In this document: positions 43,001 to 57,900 of the stretch, piece after piece
How positions within the stretch are numbered: the stretch's first letter is position 1
Layout of the letters: the number at the start of each line of letters is the position of its first letter
NCBI GenBank assembly: GCA_964057225.1
Contig: OZ059897.1
Location: 19,406,001-19,470,000 of the forward strand
Direction: 5' to 3'
Source of the DNA: Auanema rhodensis
Taxonomy: Eukaryota; Animalia; Nematoda
Length of the DNA: 64,000 nucleotides
Position numbers and translations under genes: made by a program
Notes under the pieces: model-generated
Told to the model about the DNA's origin: nothing
Databases searched by the model: none
What the model saw: the letters and a program-made list of their open reading frames with translations, nothing else

Positions 43001-45981
43001 CAGCTTAAAAATCCGCATCGAATGCACTATACTACATTGAGAAACGCTTAATACAAAAATTAGTTATGATCGATTGAAAAATGATGCATTAGTGTATGTT
43101 GAGTTTCCATGTACACTCAACATTGCTTCCAAAAACATTTTGACAAAAATTTTTTCGAAAAATTTCAAAATAATTTAGCAAAAAGTAGATGTTTTTAGAT
43201 TCCTTTTTTCAAGGCAAAGACGATGGACAATGTTATTCAACGAAAAAATTATTTCTTCAGGGTGAAAATCGAGGATATAAGTGTGAACTTATATCAGTTG
43301 ATATCTCGGTGCATTTTTAAGCTAGCGCAAATCTGATAACACAGATCGACGCAGCTTAAAAATCCGCATCGAATGCACTATACTACATTGAGAAACGCTT
43401 AATACAAAAATTAGTTATGATCGTTTGAAAAATGATGCATTAGTGTATGTTGAGTTTCCATGTACACTCAACATTGCTTCCAAAAACATTTTGACAAAAA
43501 TTTTTTCGAAAAATTTCAAAATAATTTAGCAAAAAGTAGATGTTTTTAGATTTTTTTTTTCAAGGCAAAGACGATGGACGATGTTATTCAACGAAAAAAT
43601 TAATTCTTCAGGGTGAAAATCGAGGATATAAGTGTGAACTTATATCAGTTGATATCTCGGTGCATTTTTAAGCTAGCGCAAATCTGATAACACAGATCGA
43701 CGCAGCTCAAAAATCCGTACGAATGCACTATACTATATTGAGAAACGCTTAATACAAAAATTAGTTATGATCGTTTGAAAAATGATGCATTAGTGTATGT
43801 TGAGTTTCCATGTACACTCAACATTGCTTCCAAAAACATTTTGACAAAAATTTTTTCGAAAAATTTCAAAATAATTTAGCAAAAAGTAGATGTTTTTAGA
43901 TTTTTTTTTTCAAGGCAAAGACGATGGACGATGTTATTCAACGAAAAAATTAATTCTTCAGGGTGAAAATCGAGGATATAAGTGTGAACTTATATCAGTT
44001 GATATCTCGGTGCATTTTTAAGCTAGCGCAAATCTGATAACACAGATCGACGCAGCTTAAAAATCCGCATCGAATGCACTATACTACATTGAGAAACGCT
44101 TGATACAAAAATTAGTTATGATCGTTTGAAAAATGATGCATTAGTGTATGTTGAGTTTCCATGTACACTCAACATTGCTTCCAAAAACATTTTGACAAAA
44201 ATTTTTTCGAAAAATTTCAAGATAATTTAGCAAAAAGTAGATGTTTTTAGATTCCTTTTTTCAAGGCAAAGACGATGGACAATGTTATTCAACGAAAAAA
44301 TTAATTCTTCTGGGTGAAAATCGAGGATATAAGTGTAAACATATATATGTTGATATCTCGGTACATTTTTAAGCTAGCGCAAATCTGATAACACAGATCG
44401 ACGCAGCTTAAAAATCCGCATCGAATGCACTATACTACATTGAGAAACGTTTAATACAAAAATTAGTTATGATCGATTGAAAAATGATGCATTAGTGTAT
44501 GTTGAGTTTCCATGTACACTCAACATTGCTTCCAAAAACATTTTGACAAAAATTTTTTCGAAAAATTTCAAAATAATTTAGCAAAAAGTAGATGTTTTTA
44601 GATTCTTTTTTTCAAGGCAAAGACGATGGACAATGTTATTCAACGAAAAAATTATTTCTTCAGGGTGAAAATCGAGGATATAAGTGTGAACTTATATCAG
44701 TTGATATCTCGGTGCATTTTTAAGCTAGCGCAAATCTGATAACACAGATCGACGCAGCTTAAAAATCCGCATCGAATGCACTATACTACATTGAGAAACG
44801 CTTAATACAAAAATTAGTTATGATCGTTTGAAAAATGATGCATTAGTGTATGTTGAGTTTCCATGTACACTCAACATTGCTTCCAAAAACATTTTGACAA
44901 AAATTTTTTCGAAAAATTTCAAAATAATTTAGCAAAAAGTAGATGTTTTTAGATTCCTTTTTTCAAGGCAAAGACGATGGACGATGTTATTCAACGAAAA
45001 AATTAATTCTTCAGGGTGAAAATCGAGGATATAAGTGTGAACTTATATCAGTTGATATCTCGGTGCATTTTTAAGCTAGCGCAAATCTGATAACACAGAT
45101 CGACGCAGCTCAAAAATCCGTACGAATGCACTATACTATATTGAGAAACGCTTAATACAAAAATTAGTTATGATCGTTTGAAAAATGATGCATTAGTGTA
45201 TGTTGAGTTTCCATGTACACTCAACATTGCTTCCAAAAACATTTTGACAAAAATTTTTTCGAAAAATTTCAAAATAATTTAGCAAAAAGTAGATGTTTTT
45301 AGATTCCTTTTTTCAAGGCAAAGACGATGGACGATGTTATTCAACGAAAAAATTAATTCTTCAGGGTGAAAATCGAGGATATAAGTGTGACCTTATATCA
45401 GTTGATATCTCGGTGCATTTTTAAGCTAGCGCAAATCTGATAACACAGATCGACGCAGCTTAAAAATCCGCATCGAATGCACTATACTACATTGAGAAAC
45501 GCTTAATACAAAAATTAGTTATGATCGATTGAAAAATGATGCATTAGTGTATGTTGAGTTTCCATGTACACTCAACATTGCTTCCAAAAACATTTTGACA
45601 AAAATTTTTTCGAAAAATTTCAAAATAATTTAGCAAAAAGTAGATGTTTTTAGATTCCTTTTTTCAAGGCAAAGACGATGGACAATGTTATTCAACGAAA
45701 AAATTAATTCTTTTGGGTGAAAATCGAGGATATAAGTGTAAACATATATATGTTGATATCTCGGTGCATTTTTACGCTAGCGCAAATTTGATAACACAGA
45801 TCGACGCAGCTCAAAAATCCGTACGAATGCACTATACTATATTGAGAAACGCTTAATACAAAAATTAGTTATGATCGTTTGAAAAATGATGCATTAGTGT
45901 ATGTTGAGTTTCCATGTACACTCAACACTGCTTCCAAAAACATTTTGACAAAAATTTTTTCGAAAAATTTCAAAATAATTT
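40018..45981. repeat. Transition zone with the most divergent monomers (U115-U131)
   Basis: Multi-base variants AAACATATATATGTT (U115, U123, U127, U131) and GCTCAAAAATCCGTACG (U125, U129, U131) occur only here. Last ATGGAAGAAC at ~41.98 kb, last GGTAC at ~44.36 kb, last GTAA loop at ~45.74 kb. Confidence 0.75.
42826..45981. repeat. Tetramer higher-order repeat, 1403-bp period (U123-126, U127-130, partial third at U131)
   Basis: AAACATATATATGTT monomers start at 42826, 44229, 45632. CCGTACG monomers start at 43528 and 44931. Both spacings are 1403 bp. Confidence 0.8.
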
Positions 45982-48900
45982 AGCAAAAAGTAGATGTTTT
46001 TAGAATCCTTTTTTCAAGGCAAAGACGATGGACAATGTTATTCAACGAAAAAATTATTTCTTCAGGGTGAAAATCGAAGATATAAGTGTGAACTTATATC
46101 AGTTGATATCTCGGTGCATTTTTAAGCTAGCGCAAATCTGATAACACAGATCGACGCAGCTTAAAAATCCGCATCGAATGCACTATATTACATTGAAAAA
46201 CGCTTAATACAAAAATTAGTTATGATCGTTTGAAAAATGATGCATTAGTGTATGTTGAGTTTCCATGTACACTCAACATTGCTTCCAAAAACATTTTGAC
46301 AAAAATTTTTTCGAAAAATTTCAAAATAATTTAGCAAAAAGTAGATGTTTTTAGATTCCATTTTTCAAGGCAAAGACGATAGACAATGTTATTCAACAAA
46401 AAAGTTAATTCTTCAGGGTGAAAATCGAGGATATAAGTGTGAACTTATATCAGTTGATATCTCGGTGCATTTTTAAGCTAGCGCAAATCTGATAACACAG
46501 ATCGACGCAGCTTAAAAATCCGCATCGAATGCACTATACTACATTGAAAAACGCTTAATACAAAAATTAGTTATGATCGTTTGAAAAATGATGCATTAGT
46601 GTATGTTGAGTTTCCATGTACACTCAACACTGCTTCCAAAAACATTTTGACAAAAATTTTTTCGAAAAATTTCAAAATAATTTAGCAAAAAGTAGATGTT
46701 TTTAGATTTCATTTTTCAAGGCAAAGACGATAGACAATGTTATTCAACGAAAAAATTAATTCTTCAGGGTGAAAATCGAGGATATAAGTGTGAACTTATA
46801 TCAGTTGATATCTCGGTGCATTTTTAAGCTAGCGCAAATCTGATAACACAGATCGACGCAGCTTAAAAATCCGCATCGAATGCACTATATTACATTGAAA
46901 AACGCTTAATACAAAAATTAGTTATGATCGTTTGAAAAATGATGCATTAGTGTATGTTGAGTTTCCATGTACACTCAACATTGCTTCCAAAAACATTTTG
47001 ACAAAAATTTTTTCGGAAAATTTCAAAATAATTTAGCAAAAAGTAAATGTTTTTAAATTCCTTTTTTCAAGGCAAAGACGATGGACAATGTTATTCAACG
47101 AAAAAATTAATTCTTCAGGGTTAAAATCGAGGATATAAGTGTGAACTTATATCAGTTGATATCTCGGTGCATTTTTAAGCTAGCGCAAATCTGATAACAC
47201 AGATCGACGCAGCTTAAAAATCCGCATCGAATGCACTATACTACATTGAAAAACGCTTAATACAAAAATTAGTTATGATCGTTTGAAAAATGATGCATTA
47301 GTGTATGTTGAGTTTCCATGTACACTCAACACTGCTTCCAAAAACATTTTGACAAAAATTTTTTCGAAAAATTTCAAAATAATTTAGCAAAAAGTAGATG
47401 TTTTTAGAATCCTTTTTTCAAGGCAAAGACGATGGACAATGTTATTCAACGAAAAAATTATTTCTTCAGGGTGAAAATCGAGGATATAAGTGTGAACTTA
47501 TATCAGTTGATATCTCGGTGCATTTTTAAGCTAGCGCAAATCTGATAACACAGATCGACGCAGCTTAAAAATCCGCATCGAATGCACTATACTACATTGA
47601 AAAACGCTTGATACAAAAATTAGTTATGATCGTTTGAAAAATGATGCATTAGTGTATGTTGAGTTTCCATGTACACTCAACATTGCTTCCAAAAACATTT
47701 TGACAAAAATTTTTTCGAAAAATTTCAAAATAATTTAGCGAAAAGTAGATGTTTTTAGATTCGATTTTTCAAGGCAAAGACGATGGACAATGTTATTCAA
47801 CGAAAAAATTATTTCTTCAGGGTGAAAATCGAGGATATAAGTGTGAACTTATATCAGTTGATATCTCGGTGCATTTTTAAGCTAGCGCAAATCTGATAAC
47901 ACAGATCGACGCAGCTTAAAAATCCGCATCGAATGCACTATACTACATTGAAAAACGCTTGATACAAAAATTAGTTATGATCGTTTGAAAAATGATGCAT
48001 TAGTGTATGTTGAGTTTCCATGTACACTCAACATTGCTTCCAAAAACATTTTGACAAAAATTTTTTCGAAAAATTTCAAAATAATTTAGCGAAAAGTAGA
48101 TGTTTTTAGATTCGATTTTTCAAGGCAAAGACGATGGACAATGTTATTCAACGAAAAAATTATTTCTTCAGGGTGAAAATCGAGGATATAAGTGTGAACT
48201 TATATCAGTTGATATCTCGGTGCATTTTTAAGCTAGCGCAAATCTGATAACACAGATCGACGCAGCTTAAAAATCCGCATCGAATGCACTATATTACATT
48301 GAAAAACGCTTAATACAAAAATTAGTTATGATCGTTTGAAAAATGATGCATTAGTGTATGTTGAGTTTCCATGTACACTCAACATTGCTTCCAAAAACAT
48401 TTTGACAAAAATTTTTTCGAAAAATTTCAAAATAATTTAGCAAAAAGTAGATGTTTTTAGATTCCTTTTTTCAAGGCAAAGACGATGGACAATGTTATTC
48501 AACGAGAAAATTAATTCTTCAGGGTGAAAATCGAGGATATAAGTGTGAACTTATATCAGTTGATATCTCGGTGCATTTTTAAGCTAGCGCAAATCTGATA
48601 ACACAGATCGACGCAGCTTAAAAATCCGCATCGAATGCACTATACTACATTGAGAAAAGCTTAATACAAAAATTAGTTATAATCGTTTGAAAAATGATGC
48701 ATTAGTGTATGTTGAGTTTCCATGTACACTCAACATTGCTTCCAAAAACATTTTGACAAAAATTTTTTCGAAAAATTTCAAAATAATTTAGCAAAAAGTA
48801 GATGTTTTTAGATTCCATTTTTCAAGGCAAAGACGATAGACAATGTTATTCAACAAAAAAGTTAATTCTTCAGGGTGAAAATCGAGGATATAAGTGTGAA

Positions 48901-51900
48901 CTTATATCAGTTGATATCTCGGTGCATTTTTAAGCTAGCGCAAATCTGATAACACAGATCGACGCAGCTTAAAAATCCGCATCGAATGCACTATACTACA
49001 TTGAAAAACGCTTAATACAAAAATTAGTTATGATCGTTTGAAAAATGATGCATTAGTGTATGTTGAGTTTCCATGTACACTCAACACTGCTTCCAAAAAC
49101 ATTTTGACAAAAATTTTTTCGAAAAATTTCAAAATAATTTAGCAAAAAGTAGATGTTTTTAGAATCCTTTTTTCAAGGCAAAGACGATGGACAATGTTAT
49201 TCAACGAAAAAATTATTTCTTCAGGGTGAAAATCGAAGATATAAGTGTGAACTTATATCAGTTGATATCTCGGTGCATTTTTAAGCTAGCGCAAATCTGA
49301 TAACACAGATCGACGCAGCTTAAAAATCCGCATCGAATGCACTATACTACATTGAGAAAAGCTTAATACAAAAATTAGTTATGATCGTTTGAAAAATGAT
49401 GCATTAGTGTATGTTGAGTTTCCATGTACACTCAACATTGCTTCCAAAAACATTTTGACAAAAATTTTTTCGAAAAATTTCAAAATAATTTAGCGAAAAG
49501 TAGATGTTTTTAGATTCGATTTTTCAAGGCAAAGACGATGGACAATGTTATTCAACGAAAAAATTATTTCTTCAGGGTGAAAATCGAGGATATAAGTGTG
49601 AACTTATATCAGTTGATATCTCGGTGCATTTTTAAGCTAGCGCAAATCTGATAACACAGATCGACGCAGCTTAAAAATCCGCATCGAATGCACTATATTA
49701 CATTGAAAAACGCTTAATACAAAAATTAGTTATGATCGTTTGAAAAATGATGCATTAGTGTATGTTGAGTTTCCATGTACACTCAACATTGCTTCCAAAA
49801 ACATTTTGACAAAAATTTTTTCGAAAAATTTCAAAATAATTTAGCAAAAAGTAGATGTTTTTAGATTCCTTTTTTCAAGGCAAAGACGATGGACAATGTT
49901 ATTCAACGAGAAAATTAATTCTTCAGGGTGAAAATCGAGGATATAAGTGTGAACTTATATCAGTTGATATCTCGGTGCATTTTTAAGCTAGCGCAAATCT
50001 GATAACACAGATCGACGCAGCTTAAAAATCCGCATCGAATGCACTATACTACATTGAGAAAAGCTTAATACAAAAATTAGTTATGATCGTTAGAAAAATG
50101 ATGCATTAGTGTATGTTGAGTTTCCATGTACACTCAACATTGCTTCCAAAAACATTTTGACAAAAATTTTTTCGAAAAATTTCAAAATAATTTACCAAAA
50201 AGTAGATGTTTTTAGATTCCATTTTTCAAGGCAAAGACGATAGACAATGTTATTCAACGAAAAAGTTAATTCTTCAGGGTGAAAATCGAGGATATAAGTG
50301 TGAACTTATATCAGTTGATATCTCGGTGCATTTTTAAGCTAGCGCAAATCTGATAACACAGATCGACGCAGCTTAAAAATCCGCATCGAATGCACTATAT
50401 TACATTGAAAAACGCTTAATACAAAAATTAGTTATGATCGTTTGAAAAATGATGCATTAGTGTATGTTGAGTTTCCATGTACACTCAACATTGCTTCCAA
50501 AAACATTTTGACAAAAATTTTTTCGGAAAATTTCAAAATAATTTAGCAAAAAGTAAATGTTTTTAAATTCCTTTTTTCAAGGCAAAGACGATGGACAATG
50601 TTATTCAACGAAAAAATTAATTCTTCAGGGTTAAAATCGAGGATATAAGTGTGAACTTATATCAGTTGATATCTCGGTGCATTTTTAAGCTAGCGCAAAT
50701 CTGATAACACAGATCGACGCAGCTTAAAAATCCGCATCGAATGCACTATATTACATTGAGAAACACTTGATACAAAAATTAGTTATGATCGTTTGAAAAA
50801 TGATGCATTAGTGTATGTTGAGTTTCCATGTACACTCAACATTGCTTCCAAAAACATTTTGACAAAAATTTTTTCGAAAAATTTCAAAATAATTTAGCGA
50901 AAAGTAGATGTTTTTAGATTCCTTTTTTCAAGGCAAAGACGATGGACAATGTTATTCAACGAAAAAATTATTTCTTCAGGGTGAAAATCGAGGATATAAG
51001 TGTGAACTTATATCAGTTGATATCTCGGTGCATTTTTAAGCTAGCGCAAATCTGATAACACAGATCGACGCAGCTTAAAAATCCGCATCGAATGCACTAT
51101 ACTACATTGAAAAACGCTTAATACAAAAATTAGTTATGATCGTTTGAAAAATGATGCATTAGTGTATGTTGAGTTTCCATGTACACTCAACACTGCTTCC
51201 AAAAACATTTTGACAAAAATTTTTTCGAAAAATTTCAAAATAATTTAGCAAAAAGTAGATGTTTTTAGAATCCTTTTTTCAAGGCAAAGACGATGGACAA
51301 TGTTATTCAACGAAAAAATTATTTCTTCAGGGTGAAAATCGAGGATATAAGTGTGAACTTATATCAGTTGATATCTCGGTGCATTTTTAAGCTAGCGCAA
51401 ATCTGATAACACAGATCGACGCAGCTTAAAAATCCGCATCGAATGCACTATACTACATTGAAAAACGCTTGATACAAAAATTAGTTATGATCGTTTGAAA
51501 AATGATGCATTAGTGTATGTTGAGTTTCCATGTACACTCAACATTGCTTCCAAAAACATTTTGACAAAAATTTTTTCGAAAAATTTCAAAATAATTTAGC
51601 GAAAAGTAGATGTTTTTAGATTCGATTTTTCAAGGCAAAGACGATGGACAATGTTATTCAACGAAAAAATTATTTCTTCAGGGTGAAAATCGAGGATATA
51701 AGTGTGAACTTATATCAGTTGATATCTCGGTGCATTTTTAAGCTAGCGCAAATCTGATAACACAGATCGACGCAGCTTAAAAATCCGCATCGAATGCACT
51801 ATATTACATTGAAAAACGCTTAATACAAAAATTAGTTATGATCGTTTGAAAAATGATGCATTAGTGTATGTTGAGTTTCCATGTACACTCAACATTGCTT

Positions 51901-54900
51901 CCAAAAACATTTTGACAAAAATTTTTTCGAAAAATTTCAAAATAATTTACCAAAAAGTAGATGTTTTTAGATTCCATTTTTCAAGGCAAAGACGATAGAC
52001 AATGTTATTCAACGAAAAAGTTAATTCTTCAGGGTGAAAATCGAGGATATAAGTGTGAACTTATATCAGTTGATATCTCGGTGCATTTTTAAGCTAGCGC
52101 AAATCTGATAACACAGATCGACGCAGCTTAAAAATCCGCATCGAATGCACTATATTACATTGAAAAACGCTTAATACAAAAATTAGTTATGATCGTTTGA
52201 AAAATGATGCATTAGTGTATGTTGAGTTTCCATGTACACTCAACATTGCTTCCAAAAACATTTTGACAAAAATTTTTTCGGAAAATTTCAAAATAATTTA
52301 GCAAAAAGTAAATGTTTTTAAATTCCTTTTTTCAAGGCAAAGACGATGGACAATGTTATTCAACGAAAAAATTAATTCTTCAGGGTTAAAATCGAGGATA
52401 TAAGTGTGAACTTATATCAGTTGATATCTCGGTGCATTTTTAAGCTAGCGCAAATCTGATAACACAGATCGACGCAGCTTAAAAATCCGCATCGAATGCA
52501 CTATATTACATTGAGAAACACTTGATACAAAAATTAGTTATGATCGTTTGAAAAATGATGCATTAGTGTATGTTGAGTTTCCATGTACACTCAACATTGC
52601 TTCCAAAAACATTTTGACAAAAATTTTTTCGAAAAATTTCAAAATAATTTAGCAAATGTAGATGTTTTAAGATTCCATTTTTCAAGGCAAAGACGATGGA
52701 CAATGTTATTCAACGAAAAAATTAATTCTTCAGGGTGAAAATCGAGGATATAAGTGTGAACTTATATCAGTTGATATCTCGGTGCATTTTTAAGCTAGCG
52801 CAAATCTGATAACACAGATCGACGCAGCTTAAAAATCCGCATCGAATGCACTATACTACATTGAGAAAAGCTTAATACAAAAATTAGTTATGATCGTTTG
52901 AAAAATGATGCATTAGTGTATGTTGAGTTTCCATGTACACTCAACATTGCTTCCAAAAACATTTTGACAAAAATTTTTTCGAAAAATTTCAAAATAATTT
53001 ACCAAAAAGTAGATGTTTTTAGATTCCATTTTTCAAGGCAAAGACGATAGACAATGTTATTCAACGAAAAAGTTAATTCTTCAGGGTGAAAATCGAGGAT
53101 ATAAGTGTGAACTTATATCAGTTGATATCTCGGTGCATTTTTAAGCTAGCGCAAATCTGATAACACAGATCGACGCAGCTTAAAAATCCGCATCGAATGC
53201 ACTATATTACATTGAAAAACGCTTAATACAAAAATTAGTTATGATCGTTTGAAAAATGATGCATTAGTGTATGTTGAGTTTCCATGTACACTCAACATTG
53301 CTTCCAAAAACATTTTGACAAAAATTTTTTCGGAAAATTTCAAAATAATTTAGCAAAAAGTAAATGTTTTTAAATTCCTTTTTTCAAGGCAAAGACGATG
53401 GACAATGTTGTTCAACGAAAAAATTAATTCTTCAGGGTTAAAATCGAGGATATAAGTGTGAACTTATATCAGTTGATATCTCGGTGCATTTTTAAGCTAG
53501 CGCAAATCTGATAACACAGATCGACGCAGCTTAAAAATCCGCATCGAATGCACTATATTACATTGAGAAACACTTGATACAAAAATTAGTTATGATCGTT
53601 TGAAAAATGATGCATTAGTGTATGTTGAGTTTCCATGTACACTCAACATTGCTTCCAAAAACATTTTGACAAAAATTTTTTCGAAAAATTTCAAAATAAT
53701 TTAGCAAATGTAGATGTTTTAAGATTCCATTTTTCAAGGCAAAGACGATAGACAATGTTATTCAACGAAAAAGTTAATTCTTCAGGGTGAAAATCGAGGA
53801 TATAAGTGTGAACTTATATCAGTTGATATCTCGGTGCATTTTTAAGCTAGCGCAAATCTGATAACACAGATCGACGCAGCTTAAAAATCCGCATCGAATG
53901 CACTATATTACATTGAAAAACGCTTAATACAAAAATTAGTTATGATCGTTTGAAAAATGATGCATTAGTGTATGTTGAGTTTCCATGTACACTCAACATT
54001 GCTTCCAAAAACATTTTGACAAAAATTTTTTCGGAAAATTTCAAAATAATTTAGCAAAAAGTAAATGTTTTTAAATTCCTTTTTTCAAGGCAAAGACGAT
54101 GGACAATGTTATTCAACGAAAAAATTAATTCTTCAGGGTTAAAATCGAGGATATAAGTGTGAACTTATATCAGTTGATATCTCGGTGCATTTTTAAGCTA
54201 GCGCAAATCTGATAACACAGATCGACGCAGCTTAAAAATCCGCATCGAATGCACTATATTACATTGAGAAACACTTGATACAAAAATTAGTTATGATCGT
54301 TTGAAAAATGATGCATTAGTGTATGTTGAGTTTCCATGTACACTCAACATTGCTTCCAAAAACATTTTGACAAAAATTTTTTCGAAAAATTTCAAAATAA
54401 TTTAGCAAATGTAGATGTTTTAAGATTCCATTTTTCAAGGCAAAGACGATGGACAATGTTATTCAACGAAAAAATTAATTCTTCAGGGTGAAAATCGAGG
54501 ATATAAGTGTGAACTTATATCAGTTGATATCTCGGTGCATTTTTAAGCTAGCGCAAATCTGATAACACAGATCGACGCAGCTTAAAAATCCGCATCGAAT
54601 GCACTATACTACATTGAGAAAAGCTTAATACAAAAATTAGTTATGATCGTTTGAAAAATGATGCATTAGTGTATGTTGAGTTTCCATGTACACTCAACAT
54701 TGCTTCCAAAAACATTTTGACAAAAATTTTTTCGAAAAATTTCAAAATAATTTAGCAAAAAGTAGATGTTTTTAGATTCCATTTTTCAAGGCAAAGACGA
54801 TGGACAATGTTATTCAACGAAAAAATTAATTCTTCAGGGTGAAAATCGAGGATATAAGTGTGAACTTATATCAGTTGATATCTCGGTGCATTTTTAAGCT

Positions 54901-57900
54901 AGCGCAAATCTGATAACACAGATCGACGCAGCTTAAAAATCCGCATCGAATGCACTATATTACATTGAAAAACGCTTAATACAAAAATTAGTTATGATCG
55001 TTTGAAAAATGATGCATTAGTGTATGTTGAGTTTCCATGTACACTCAACATTGCTTCCAAAAACATTTTGACAAAAATTTTTTCGGAAAATTTCAAAATA
55101 ATTTAGCAAAAAGTAAATGTTTTTAAATTCCTTTTTTCAAGGCAAAGACGATGGACAATGTTATTCAACGAAAAAATTAATTCTTCAGGGTTAAAATCGA
55201 GGATATAAGTGTGAACTTATATCAGTTGATATCTCGGTGCATTTTTAAGCTAGCGCAAATCTGATAACACAGATCGACGCAGCTTAAAAATCCGCATCGA
55301 ATGCACTATATTACATTGAGAAACACTTGATACAAAAATTAGTTATGATCGTTTGAAAAATGATGCATTAGTGTATGTTGAGTTTCCATGTACACTCAAC
55401 ATTGCTTCCAAAAACATTTTGACAAAAATTTTTTCGAAAAATTTCAAAATAATTTAGCAAAAAGTAGATGTTTTAAGATTCCATTTTTCAAGGCAAAGAC
55501 GATAGACAATGTTATTCAACGAAAAAGTTAATTCTTCAGGGTGAAAATCGAGGATATAAGTGTGAACTTATATCAGTTGATATCTCGGTGCATTTTTAAG
55601 CTAGCGCAAATCTGATAACACAGATCGACGCAGCTTAAAAATCCGCATCGAATGCACTATATTACATTGAAAAACGCTTAATACAAAAATTAGTTATGAT
55701 CGTTTGAAAAATGATGCATTAGTGTATGTTGAGTTTCCATGTACACTCAACATTGCTTCCAAAAACATTTTGACAAAAATTTTTTCGGAAAATTTCAAAA
55801 TAATTTAGCAAAAAGTAAATGTTTTTAAATTCCTTTTTTCAAGGCAAAGACGATGGACAATGTTATTCAACGAAAAAATTAATTCTTCAGGGTTAAAATC
55901 GAGGATATAAGTGTGAACTTATATCAGTTGATATCTCGGTGCATTTTTAAGCTAGCGCAAATCTGATAACACAGATCGACGCAGCTTAAAAATCCGCATC
56001 GAATGCACTATATTACATTGAGAAACACTTGATACAAAAATTAGTTATGATCGTTTGAAAAATGATGCATTAGTGTATGTTGAGTTTCCATGTACACTCA
56101 ACATTGCTTCCAAAAACATTTTGACAAAAATTTTTTCGAAAAATTTCAAAATAATTTAGCAAATGTAGATGTTTTAAGATTCCATTTTTCAAGGCAAAGA
56201 CGATGGACAATGTTATTCAACGAAAAAATTAATTCTTCAGGGTGAAAATCGAGGATATAAGTGTGAACTTATATCAGTTGATATCTCGGTGCATTTTTAA
56301 GCTAGCGCAAATCTGATAACACAGATCGACGCAGCTTAAAAATCCGCATCGAATGCACTATACTACATTGAGAAAAGCTTAATACAAAAATTAGTTATGA
56401 TCGTTTGAAAAATGATGCATTAGTGTATGTTGAGTTTCCATGTACACTCAACATTGCTTCCAAAAACATTTTGACAAAAATTTTTTCGAAAAATTTCAAA
56501 ATAATTTAGCAAAAAGTAGATGTTTTTAGATTCCATTTTTCAAGGCAAAGACGATGGACAATGTTATTCAACGAAAAAATTAATTCTTCAGGGTGAAAAT
56601 CGAGGATATAAGTGTGAACTTATATCAGTTGATATCTCGGTGCATTTTTAAGCTAGCGCAAATCTGATAACACAGATCGACGCAGCTTAAAAATCCGCAT
56701 CGAATGCACTATATTACATTGAAAAACGCTTAATACAAAAATTAGTTATGATCGTTTGAAAAATGATGCATTAGTGTATGTTGAGTTTCCATGTACACTC
56801 AACATTGCTTCCAAAAACATTTTGACAAAAATTTTTTCGGAAAATTTCAAAATAATTTAGCAAAAAGTAAATGTTTTTAAATTCCTTTTTTCAAGGCAAA
56901 GACGATGGACAATGTTATTCAACGAAAAAATTAATTCTTCAGGGTTAAAATCGAGGATATAAGTGTGAACTTATATCAGTTGATATCTCGGTGCATTTTT
57001 AAGCTAGCGCAAATCTGATAACACAGATCGACGCAGCTTAAAAATCCGCATCGAATGCACTATATTACATTGAGAAACACTTGATACAAAAATTAGTTAT
57101 GATCGTTTGAAAAATGATGCATTAGTGTATGTTGAGTTTCCATGTACACTCAACATTGCTTCCAAAAACATTTTGACAAAAATTTTTTCGAAAAATTTCA
57201 AAATAATTTAGCAAAAAGTAGATGTTTTAAGATTCCATTTTTCAAGGCAAAGACGATGGACAATGTTATTCAACGAAAAAATTAATTCTTCAGGGTGAAA
57301 ATCGAGGATATAAGTGTGAACTTATATCAGTTGATATCTCGGTGCATTTTTAAGCTAGCGCAAATCTGATAACACAGATCGACGCAGCTTAAAAATCCGC
57401 ATCGAATGCACTATACTACATTGAGAAAAGCTTAATACAAAAATTAGTTATGATCGTTTGAAAAATGATGCATTAGTGTATGTTGAGTTTCCATGTACAC
57501 TCAACATTGCTTCCAAAAACATTTTGACAAAAATTTTTTCGAAAAATTTCAAAATAATTTAGCAAAAAGTAGATGTTTTTAGATTCCATTTTTCAAGGCA
57601 AAGACGATGGACAATGTTATTCAACGAAAAAATTAATTCTTCAGGGTGAAAATCGAGGATATAAGTGTGAACTTATATCAGTTGATATCTCGGTGCATTT
57701 TTAAGCTAGCGCAAATCTGATAACACAGATCGACGCAGCTTAAAAATCCGCATCGAATGCACTATACTACATTGAAAAACGCTTAATACAAAAATTAGTT
57801 ATGATCGTTTGAAAAATGATGCATTAGTGTATGTTGAGTTTCCATGTACACTCAACATTGCTTCCAAAAACATTTTGACAAAAATTTTTTCGTAAAATTT

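Noticed and set aside
45644-45856. 70-aa plus-strand ORF
   Set aside because: Lies in divergent U131, where two TAA codons are lost (A144C, T181C). In other monomers this frame stops after at most 43 codons.
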